32,000 bases of DNA from Azoarcus sp. GTDB taxonomy: Bacteria > Pseudomonadota > Gammaproteobacteria > Burkholderiales > Rhodocyclaceae. Position 1 is the stretch's first letter. Each line of letters opens with the position of its first letter. The notes below the pieces were generated by a model. It saw nothing but the letters and a program-made list of their open reading frames with translations. It was not told where the DNA came from and searched no databases. The DNA lies in assembly GCA_031285965.1 (NCBI GenBank), contig JAITVD010000003.1, positions 9,723-41,722 of the forward strand. Direction: 5' to 3'. A program made the position numbers and the translations under genes. Positions 24,878 through 32,000 of the stretch are shown here, piece by piece.

Positions 24878-24993
24878 CGGGCGAAAGCGCGATTTTTTGG
24901 CAGAGCGGCCTGTTTTTTGATTTTTTATAAGTCCCCGCTTTGCCGCATGGGGCTAGAATCCCACGCTCCGCCAGAACAGAGACAGGATATGCC

Positions 24994-26376
24994 GTGAATA
25001 TCGGCTCAAAAGACATTCCGCCAAGTGCCGAGGCCGCCGACGCGCAAGCCAGCAGGCATCATTTTGAATCGACCGCCCGGTTCGTCGCGTGGGTGCGGGC
25101 GGCGGCGCCCTATATCCACGCTTTTCGCGGCAAGACTTTCGTGGTGGGTTTTGGCGGCGAAATCGTGTCGGGCAAGCTGGCGCAGAGTTTTGCTTACGAT
25201 TGCAATCTGCTCATGGCGCTGGGCATCCGGCTGGTGCTCGTGCATGGGGCGCGTCCGCAAATCGACGCGGAGGCGGAGCGCCGGGGGCTTGAGCAACGGT
25301 TCTGCAACGGGCTGCGCGTGACCGATTCGGCGACGATGGAATGCGTGAAGATGGCAATGGCGGTGACGCGCTTCGACGTGGAGGCACTGCTTTCGCAAGG
25401 TTTGCCCAATACGCCGATGGCGGGCGGCTACATGCGAGTGACAGGCGGCAATTTCATTACCGCGCGTCCAGTGGGCGTGGTCGATGGGGTCGATTACCAA
25501 TATACGGGGGCGGTGCGCAAAATCATCGCCGAAGAAATCAACGCCGACCTCGACCAGCAGAACGTGGTGCTGATTACGCCGCTCGGCATGTCGCCCGCAG
25601 GCGAAATCTTCAATATGTGCATGGAAGAGGTGGCCGAGGCCGTGGCGGTAGCGGTGAAGGCGGAAAAGCTGATTTATCTGTGCGACGCGCCCGGCTTGCT
25701 CGATGAGGACGGAGCCTTGATGGGTTCGGTCACGGCGGATGAGGCTGAGCGGTGCATCGAAAGCGGTGAGGGTTTATCGGAGGATTTGCATCTCTACCTG
25801 CCGTGCGTGATTCGGGCGGTGCGCAACGGGGTGTCGCGCTGCCATCTTCTGGACCACGACAAGGATGGCGCGTTGCTGCTGGAATTTTTTACGCAGGCGG
25901 GGGTCGGCACGGTGGTGTCGCGCGCGCCGCTGTTTTGCCTGCGCGAGGCGACGATTGATGACGTGGGGCCGCTGGTGGCGCTGATTTCGCCGCTGGAATC
26001 GGACGGCACGCTGGTGCGGCGCGGGCGGGAACTGCTGGAGAGCGAGACCGACCGCTTTTCGGTAGTGGAGTACGACGGAATGCTGGTGGGATGCGCCGCG
26101 CTCTACAAATTTTCCGGGGACAAGGCTGCGGAGCTGGCATGTATGGCGGTAACGCCGGAATATCGCCGCATGGGGCTTGGAGAGCAATTGCTGCACCGTA
26201 TCGAGCAGCGGGCGCGGCGCGAAGGGCTGGAGTGGCTGTTCGTGCTGACGACGCGCACGGCGCATTGGTTCAGGGAGCGCGGATTTGCGGAAATCGAGCC
26301 AGAGGCGCTGCCGGCCCAGAAACGTGAGCTTTATAACTTCCAGCGCCGCTCCAAGGTATTCGTTAAATCGCTATAA
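24994..26376 (+). CDS. argA: Amino-acid N-acetyltransferase (N-acetylglutamate synthase)
   Basis: N-terminal amino-acid-kinase fold (FVAWVRAAAPYIHAFRGKTFVVGFGGE) plus a C-terminal GNAT domain (..RRMGLGEQLL..). I chose the GTG at 24994 with an AGGA upstream. The exact start is uncertain, and the track start at 24940 remains possible. Confidence 0.85.
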   Translation: MNIGSKDIPPSAEAADAQASRHHFESTARFVAWVRAAAPYIHAFRGKTFVVGFGGEIVSGKLAQSFAYDCNLLMALGIRLVLVHGARPQIDAEAERRGLEQRFCNGLRVTDSATMECVKMAMAVTRFDVEALLSQGLPNTPMAGGYMRVTGGNFITARPVGVVDGVDYQYTGAVRKIIAEEINADLDQQNVVLITPLGMSPAGEIFNMCMEEVAEAVAVAVKAEKLIYLCDAPGLLDEDGALMGSVTADEAERCIESGEGLSEDLHLYLPCVIRAVRNGVSRCHLLDHDKDGALLLEFFTQAGVGTVVSRAPLFCLREATIDDVGPLVALISPLESDGTLVRRGRELLESETDRFSVVEYDGMLVGCAALYKFSGDKAAELACMAVTPEYRRMGLGEQLLHRIEQRARREGLEWLFVLTTRTAHWFRERGFAEIEPEALPAQKRELYNFQRRSKVFVKSL

Positions 26377-26421
26377 GCGGCTAGAATAGTCGGCTTAGCC
26401 GATATGAGAGGGGATGGAACG

Positions 26422-26694
26422 ATGGTGCGCATGGTCAATTGCGTGAAGCTGGGGCGAGAGGCGGAAGGGCTGGAGCGTCCGCCGGTTCCGGGCGAACTGG
26501 GCAAGCGGATTTTTGAAAATGTCTCCAAAGAGGCATGGCAGCAGTGGGTCAGGTATCAGACGATGCTGATTAACGAGAATCGCCTGAACCTGATGGATCT
26601 GCGGGCGCGCAAATATTTGAGCGAGCAGATGGAAAAACATTTCTTTTCGGACGGGGCAGACCAGATTTCAGGCTTCGTGCCCCCGGCGCGGTAA
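26422..26694 (+). CDS. yggX: Fe(2+)-trafficking / oxidative-damage protection protein YggX
   Basis: [38 protein letters not shown]...QTMLINE.RLN....ARKYL..QME.FF is a canonical YggX of about 90 aa. Confidence 0.9.
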   Translation: MVRMVNCVKLGREAEGLERPPVPGELGKRIFENVSKEAWQQWVRYQTMLINENRLNLMDLRARKYLSEQMEKHFFSDGADQISGFVPPAR

Positions 26695-27686
26695 TGTCCC
26701 TGCTTTTGGCGTTTTTCTCCCTTGTTGCCGTCCTGCTGTTTGAACAGGTTCGCCCCCTGCCCGTGCAGCGGGCGGTGCTCGGGCCTTTGCGCAAAATCAC
26801 TGCCGCGCTGCTGAAGCGCCTCGACGGCAGGGGCGGGCATCATGAGCGGATTGCCTGGAGCTTGCTGGTGTTGGGCGGCATGGGCTTGTGCGCGATCATC
26901 CTCTACGCCTTGCCAACGGTTCTTGCGCTGGTCTTTACGGTGCTGGTGCTGTACCTCTCGTTTGGTTTCCGGCACGAAAGCCATTACTTCTCCGACATCC
27001 ATTTTGCCCTGCGCTCCGGTGAAATCGACCGCGCCCGCAGCCTGCTGTCCGAATGGCGGGGCGGGCGGTATGACGAGACCAGTTCCGGCGGCATTGCGCG
27101 GCTCGCCATCGAACAGGCGCTCATCGGGGGGCATCGCAACGTGTTCGGGCTGGTGTTCTGGTTTCTGGTTCTGGGGCCTTGCGGGGCGGTCATGTATCGG
27201 CTGTCGCGGTTCCTGCACGATGAATGGAACGCGAAGCCGGAGTGTGGAGAGGGTTCCGGCCTTGGCGTGCTTGGGGCGGAGGCCGCGCCCGCCCAAATTT
27301 CGCTTGACGGGGTGCTTGAGCCGTATGGCGCGTTTGCGCGACATGCCTTTTTGATTATCGACTGGCTGCCGTCGAGGATGACGGCCATCCTGTTCGCCAT
27401 CGGCGGCAATTTTGAGGACGCGGTGTTTTGCTGGCGCGCTCAGGCGGTGCTCTGGCCAGACCGCGCCAACGCGGTTCTGGTGGCAAGCGGAGCGGGTGCG
27501 CTCGGGGTGCGGCTTGGAGAGGCGGATGCCGATGAAGGCGAGGCTTCTGTATGCCCGGAAATTGGTGTCGGCGCGAAAGCGGGCGTCGACGATTTGCAAG
27601 CAACGGTCGGGCTCGTCTGGCGGGCATTGATCGTGTGTCTGACGTTGTTGGCCCTGACGACGATTGCCGTCTTGGTCGGCAGCTAA
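26694..27686 (+). CDS. AmpE-like / CobD-CbiB family integral membrane protein
   Basis: Multi-pass membrane protein. LLFEQVRP at the N-terminus and IIDWLPSRMTAILFAIGG parallel E. coli AmpE (LIFERL.., VLDWVPVRLAGVVYALIG). Confidence 0.6.
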   Translation: MSLLLAFFSLVAVLLFEQVRPLPVQRAVLGPLRKITAALLKRLDGRGGHHERIAWSLLVLGGMGLCAIILYALPTVLALVFTVLVLYLSFGFRHESHYFSDIHFALRSGEIDRARSLLSEWRGGRYDETSSGGIARLAIEQALIGGHRNVFGLVFWFLVLGPCGAVMYRLSRFLHDEWNAKPECGEGSGLGVLGAEAAPAQISLDGVLEPYGAFARHAFLIIDWLPSRMTAILFAIGGNFEDAVFCWRAQAVLWPDRANAVLVASGAGALGVRLGEADADEGEASVCPEIGVGAKAGVDDLQATVGLVWRALIVCLTLLALTTIAVLVGS

Positions 27687-27710
27687 TTTTATGGAAAGAG
27701 GAGAAGCCCG

Positions 27711-28895
27711 ATGGCTGATCGTGAAGTTGTAGTTCTGAGTGCCGCGCGTTCTGCGGTAGGTGCTTTTGGCGGTTCCCTGAAGGATCTGGAGCCAGCGGAA
27801 TTGGGCGGCATGGTCATCAAGGAAACCATTGCCCGCTCCGGCGTCGACCCGAATGAAATTTCGTTTGCCGTGATGGGGAGCATCATGCCGACGGATCCCC
27901 GTTATCCGTATGTCGCGCGCGTCGCCAGCATCCAGGGCGGGCTGCCGATGAGTTCCATTGCGTTCGCGGTCAATCGGCTGTGCGGCTCGGCCATGCAGGC
28001 GGTCGTTTCTTCGGCGCAGGCAATCATCCTCGGGGATACCGACTACGCGCTCGCGGGTGGTACGGAAGTGATGTCGCGCGCTGTCTATATGATGCCGTCG
28101 CTGCGCTTTGGTGCGCGCATGGGCGACGCCACGGCGTTCGATTCGATGGTGTCCGTGATTACCGACCCGTTTGGCGTCGGCCACATGGGCGTCACCGCCG
28201 AAAACCTCGCGGTCAAGCACGGCATTACCCGCGAGGAGCAAGACGCTTTCGCGCTGGAATCGCAAAAACGCGCGGGCGCGGCGCTGGCTGCCGGTTATTT
28301 CAAGGGGCAAATCGTGCCGATCACGCTCAAGACCCGCAAGGGCGAAGTGGTGTTCGATACCGACGAGCATCCGAAGCCGGATACGACGATGGAATCTCTC
28401 GCCAAGATGCGTCCCGCCTTCAAGAAGGACGGCACGGTCACAGCGGGGAACGCTTCGGGCATCAACGACGCAGCCGCCTTCCTTGTGCTGGCCGATGCCG
28501 CGAAAGCCGCTGCCGCTGGCCACAAGCCGATTGCCCGGCTGGTTTCCTACGCGATTGCGGGCGTGCCGAACGACGTGATGGGCGAAGGCCCGATTCCGGC
28601 CACGCAGCTTGCGCTCAAGCGCGCCGGGCTGACGCTGGATCAGATGGACGTGATTGAGTCCAACGAAGCCTTCGCCGCGCAGTCGTTGACCGTCGCGAAG
28701 GTCTTGGGGCTTGACCCGGCCAAGACCAACCCCAATGGCGGCGCGATTGCCCTTGGCCATCCAGTGAGCGCCACTGGCAGCGTCATCATCACCAAGCTGC
28801 TGCACGAAATGCAGCGCCGCAACGCCCGTTATGGCTTGGCGACGATGTGCATCGGCGGCGGGCAAGGGATTGCGACCATCTACGAACGGCTCTGA
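27711..28895 (+). CDS. Acetyl-CoA C-acetyltransferase (thiolase II)
   Basis: VVVLSAARSAVGAFGGSL, active-site NRLCGSAMQAV, and C-terminal NPNGGAIALGHP and MCIGGGQG. Confidence 0.92.
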   Translation: MADREVVVLSAARSAVGAFGGSLKDLEPAELGGMVIKETIARSGVDPNEISFAVMGSIMPTDPRYPYVARVASIQGGLPMSSIAFAVNRLCGSAMQAVVSSAQAIILGDTDYALAGGTEVMSRAVYMMPSLRFGARMGDATAFDSMVSVITDPFGVGHMGVTAENLAVKHGITREEQDAFALESQKRAGAALAAGYFKGQIVPITLKTRKGEVVFDTDEHPKPDTTMESLAKMRPAFKKDGTVTAGNASGINDAAAFLVLADAAKAAAAGHKPIARLVSYAIAGVPNDVMGEGPIPATQLALKRAGLTLDQMDVIESNEAFAAQSLTVAKVLGLDPAKTNPNGGAIALGHPVSATGSVIITKLLHEMQRRNARYGLATMCIGGGQGIATIYERL

Positions 28896-28916
28896 TTTTT
28901 AGCCGCTCCGCATGAG

Positions 28917-28946
28917 AAAACGGCATCTTCGGATGCCGTTTTTTTT
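28917..28946 (+). terminator. Intrinsic terminator after the thiolase gene
   Basis: AACGGCATC-TTCG-GATGCCGTT followed by T8. Confidence 0.8.
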
Positions 28947-29054
28947 GCGCATAGCCCGTGATGACAGGTACACGCTGATACTTTTCATTTCCGCTGCCTG
29001 TACAGACAGTGTTTATCATGACCGAATGCTTGATAAGCGCAGCGAGGTGGTGTC

Positions 29055-30461
29055 ATGGAGATACGGTTCCTTTCAGCGTCGCGTGTTGGACGAAACATGC
29101 TGGCCGCAGCGGCGGCGGGTCTGATTTCGCTGGCCTTGCCCGCGCTGGCGCAAGAAGATGCTTATTTGCCGGACGCGGCAGAAAACCAGGCGGATTTGGA
29201 GATTTCGCAGGAAACGCTCGACGGGCTGCTCGCCCCGATAGCCTTGTACCCCGATGCTTTGCTGGCGCAAGTGCTGATGGCGACGACGTATCCGGTCGAT
29301 GTGCTCGAAGCGGCGGACTGGGAACGGAAAAATTCTGGCTTAAGCGAACAGGCGTTGCAGGACGCGCTGGCAGCGTTCGATTGGGACCCGAGCGTCAAAT
29401 CGCTGGTGAGCGTGCCGCAAGTGCTGCATTACATGAGCGATTCGCCGCAATGGATGCGGGTGCTTGGACGCGCCGTGACGGAAGATCAGCCACGGGTGAT
29501 GGCGAGCGTGCAGGCATTGAGAAAAAAGGCGCGAGCCGCCGGAAATCTGGCGAGCAACAGCAGGCAGACGGTGGTCGTTGATATGGATGAAGCCCGCCGT
29601 GTCGAATACATCACGATTACGCCGATGTCGCACAGGGTCATTTATGTGCCAGCGTATCGCCCCGACATCGTATATGGCACTTGGTGGTGGCCGTCGCGTC
29701 CGTACTATTGGGGTTCGCCGCCTTCGGGCGTGCTGCTCGGCTCGGGGTTTTTCTGGAGCAATGTGTATTTTCCGTCGGCGGCTCTGTGGGGGGGCTTCAA
29801 CTGGGGCGGCAGGGAGATGGTCGTCAACGTGCCCGCCTACAGAAGGTATTACCGCGCTTCACCGCCCAAGTGGGCAAGAAATGTATGGCGTCCCTCGCGG
29901 GTTCACAGGCATCCCGGCTTTGCCCGCCATCATCCCCGCCGTGCGGCGGAACACAGGCTTGGACGCTCGCCGGATCGGAAGTGGGTACGCCCATCGGAGC
30001 AAAGGCCGCCGCGCTCGTCATGGCAGAGACCGCCGCGTTCGTCGGAGCGGCAACAGGTTCGCCCATCGGGATGGCGGTCGGCTCGCCCATTGGATGGGCA
30101 GAGGCCGCAACGTCCATCTGGGTGGCGGTCTGCGCGTTCGACTGAGCGGAATCAGGCTCGCCCATCGGACGGGCATAGGCCACCGCGTTCGTCGGAATGG
30201 CGGTCTGCGCGTTCGCTGGAGCGGAATGCCATACGCTCGCCGGAATCGAGCCGGATGCGTTCGCCGGAATCGAGGCCATCGCGTTTTTCAGAGTCGAGGC
30301 CAGCGGTTGGCGCGCAGCCATCGAAATCTGCCGCCCGTTCGTTTGGCCGTTCGGAAACGCGCATTCGGCATGAACGTCCTCGGGAATCTCCGCGCTCATC
30401 AAACCAGAGAGCATCCAGAAGGGATTCGTGGCGGGGCGACGGAAGATCGGGACGACGATAA
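29055..30461 (+). CDS. DUF3300 domain secreted protein with a repetitive Arg/Ser/Pro-rich C-terminal tail
   Basis: Signal peptide, then LDGLLAPIALYPDALLAQVLMATTYPVDVLEAADW, the hallmark DUF3300 start. The frame of the tail after about 29900 is uncertain (see findings). Confidence 0.65.
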   Translation: MEIRFLSASRVGRNMLAAAAAGLISLALPALAQEDAYLPDAAENQADLEISQETLDGLLAPIALYPDALLAQVLMATTYPVDVLEAADWERKNSGLSEQALQDALAAFDWDPSVKSLVSVPQVLHYMSDSPQWMRVLGRAVTEDQPRVMASVQALRKKARAAGNLASNSRQTVVVDMDEARRVEYITITPMSHRVIYVPAYRPDIVYGTWWWPSRPYYWGSPPSGVLLGSGFFWSNVYFPSAALWGGFNWGGREMVVNVPAYRRYYRASPPKWARNVWRPSRVHRHPGFARHHPRRAAEHRLGRSPDRKWVRPSEQRPPRSSWQRPPRSSERQQVRPSGWRSARPLDGQRPQRPSGWRSARSTERNQARPSDGHRPPRSSEWRSARSLERNAIRSPESSRMRSPESRPSRFSESRPAVGAQPSKSAARSFGRSETRIRHERPRESPRSSNQRASRRDSWRGDGRSGRR

Positions 30462-30544
30462 AAACAGATTTAGAGAGAATGACGGCGTTGGCGTAACGCG
30501 CAAGTTCTCATCCAAATAGCCGCTCGTCGGTAGAATACCGACCG

Positions 30545-31231
30545 ATGAGAATCTTGGCGGTTGAATCTTCCTGCGAACGCGCCAGTGCCGCGCTGAACCT
30601 GAATGGTGATATTCGGTTGCGGCGGGTCGACGGGCATGTCAATCATTCGGAGCACATGCTTGGGCTTATCCGTTCCCTGCTGGCGGAAGCCGGAATGGGC
30701 GCGGGGGCGCTTGATGCCGTGGCCTTCGGCACGGGGCCGGGGGCTTTTACTGGCTTGCGGTTGGCCTGCGGCATTGCGCAAGGTCTGGCGCTGGGGGCGG
30801 GATTGGGGGTCATTCCTATATGCAGTTTGGCGGCGCTGGCGGCGCAATCGCCCCTGCCTTGGGCGCTGGTGGCAACGGATGCCCGCATGGGCGAGGTTTA
30901 TCACGGGCGTTACAGGGTGGAGGGCGACAGGATGACGGAACTTTCCGCGCCCGCTTGTTGCGCGCCCGCCGCGTTGGCGTGTCCTGAAGAAGGGGAGTGG
31001 TTCGGCCTCGGAATGGCTTTTACCGCTTACGGGGAGGCGCTGGCGGATGTCCGCGCAAGGCTTGCGGGTTGCAGCCCGCTGGCCGTGCCGGATGCCGAGG
31101 CCGTTTCCCGGCTGGCGGCGGCGCGGGGCAGGGCGGGCATGGTTTCTGCTGAGCAAGCGCATCCGCTTTATGTGCGCGACAAGGTTGCGCTCACCGTGGC
31201 GGAACGGCTGGCGCAAGGGGACAAGGCATGA
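30545..31231 (+). CDS. tsaB: tRNA t6A37 biosynthesis protein TsaB (YeaZ)
   Basis: MRILAVESS...AFGTGPGAFTGLRLACGIAQGLA. It is followed by rimI, the conserved pair. Confidence 0.88.
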   Translation: MRILAVESSCERASAALNLNGDIRLRRVDGHVNHSEHMLGLIRSLLAEAGMGAGALDAVAFGTGPGAFTGLRLACGIAQGLALGAGLGVIPICSLAALAAQSPLPWALVATDARMGEVYHGRYRVEGDRMTELSAPACCAPAALACPEEGEWFGLGMAFTAYGEALADVRARLAGCSPLAVPDAEAVSRLAAARGRAGMVSAEQAHPLYVRDKVALTVAERLAQGDKA

Positions 31232-31680
31232 CGGCGCGTTCATTGCGCTTTGTGCCGATGGATGAGCAAGACCTCGGCTGGGTCGTGGCGCAAGAAGCCA
31301 GTCTGCACAGATTTCCGTGGAGCCTGCAAAATTTTACGGATTCGCTGGCAGCCGGATATTCCTGCTGGCTGATGCGCGACGCGGACACGCCAATCGGTTA
31401 CGCGGTGGTGCTCTTTGTGCTTGATGAAGCCCATCTGCTCAATATCAGCGTGGCGCGTGAGGCGCAGGGGCGCGGGCTGGGCGGGCAGTTGCTCGGATAC
31501 TTGATTTCGCTTGCCAGAAACAGCGGTGTCCGCCAGTTTTTTCTTGAGGTGCGTCCTTCCAACCTGTCCGCCCTGGCGCTTTACCAGCGGGCGGGCTTTA
31601 TGGAAATTGCCCGCCGAAAAGGCTATTACCCGTCCAAAGAGGGGAGAGAGGACGCTATCGTGATGAGGCTTGAGCCATGA
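31228..31680 (+). CDS. rimI: Ribosomal-protein-alanine N-acetyltransferase
   Basis: GNAT motif A (VAREAQGRGLGGQLL) and the ..LEVRPSN..A..LY...GF core. 4-nt overlap with tsaB. Confidence 0.85.
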   Translation: MTARSLRFVPMDEQDLGWVVAQEASLHRFPWSLQNFTDSLAAGYSCWLMRDADTPIGYAVVLFVLDEAHLLNISVAREAQGRGLGGQLLGYLISLARNSGVRQFFLEVRPSNLSALALYQRAGFMEIARRKGYYPSKEGREDAIVMRLEP

Positions 31681-32000
31681 ATCCAGCATCGCGCCGCAAC
31701 GCCATTCTTCGAGAGATGGGGCTTGCCCCGCTCTGGCGGCTGCGGATGCCCGCCGAATCTTCTGCGGCTGCCGCTGAGGGCGAAGTTGCCGCCGAGATGG
31801 TTGCCGCATCCGTTCCGGTTGCCGTTTCCGAGGAGATTGCCGCGTCCGCACCCGCGTTTGCGGCGAACGCCCAGCCCGTATCCCCTGTTGCCACAATGGG
31901 CTGGCAGGAACTTGAAGATGCCATTCGCGCTTGCCGCGCCTGCGGGCTGTGCGAAAGGCGCACGCAGGCCGTTCCCGGCGTGGGCGACCGTCAGGCGCGG
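31677..32000 (+). CDS. Family 4 uracil-DNA glycosylase, N-terminal part (runs off the window end)
   Basis: Not in the ORF track because no stop lies in the window. My translation is MNPASRRNAILREMGLAPLWRLR...MGWQELEDAIRACRACGLCERRTQAVPGVGDRQAR. It carries the C-x2-C-x-L-C..R...V.G.G Fe-S motif, and its ATG overlaps the rimI stop (ATGA at 31677-31680). Confidence 0.8.
   Translation, partial: MNPASRRNAILREMGLAPLWRLRMPAESSAAAAEGEVAAEMVAASVPVAVSEEIAASAPAFAANAQPVSPVATMGWQELEDAIRACRACGLCERRTQAVPGVGDRQAR

Noticed and set aside
26556-28865. 769-aa minus-strand ORF spanning the yggX, ampE-like and thiolase genes
   Set aside because: It is antisense to three well-supported plus-strand genes. Its sequence is Arg/Gly/His/Pro-rich with no recognisable motif, the typical shadow ORF of high-GC DNA.

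Overview
This is a high-GC (about 60% judged by eye) chromosomal segment. Gene content and order (phaC/phaJ, rpmB-rpmG, radC, coaBC-dut, grpE-dnaK-dnaJ, argA, yggX, tsaB-rimI-udg) look betaproteobacterial, but I cannot assign a genus. Two accessory insertions interrupt the housekeeping backbone. (1) Bases 5311-14607 hold a 9,266-bp filamentous (Inovirus-type) prophage inserted in the 3' end of tRNA-Arg(CCG) and bounded by a perfect 31-bp direct repeat. It carries a tightly coupled pII-like rep, coat, pIII-like, pVI-like, Zot/pI and pIV-secretin module. It also carries a tyrosine integrase, an HTH regulator whose ORF runs across attL into the tRNA, a hicAB toxin-antitoxin pair, a DUF2726 nuclease-like gene and a 3 x 57-bp array of palindrome-bearing repeats. 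Both toxin-like cargo genes (DUF2726 and hicA) are cut by single in-frame stop codons, while the morphogenesis genes look intact. (2) Bases about 16007-19158 hold an AT-rich (about 35% GC by eye) island directly after tRNA-Ser(GCT). It encodes a MacB/LolCDE-like ABC ATPase, an FtsX permease and a LolA-like protein, and the last two are frameshifted. Other supported elements are near-consensus sigma-32 promoters upstream of grpE and dnaK, several intrinsic terminators, and a DUF3300 protein with a repetitive Arg/Ser/Pro tail. All family assignments come from reading motifs by eye. No database search was run.
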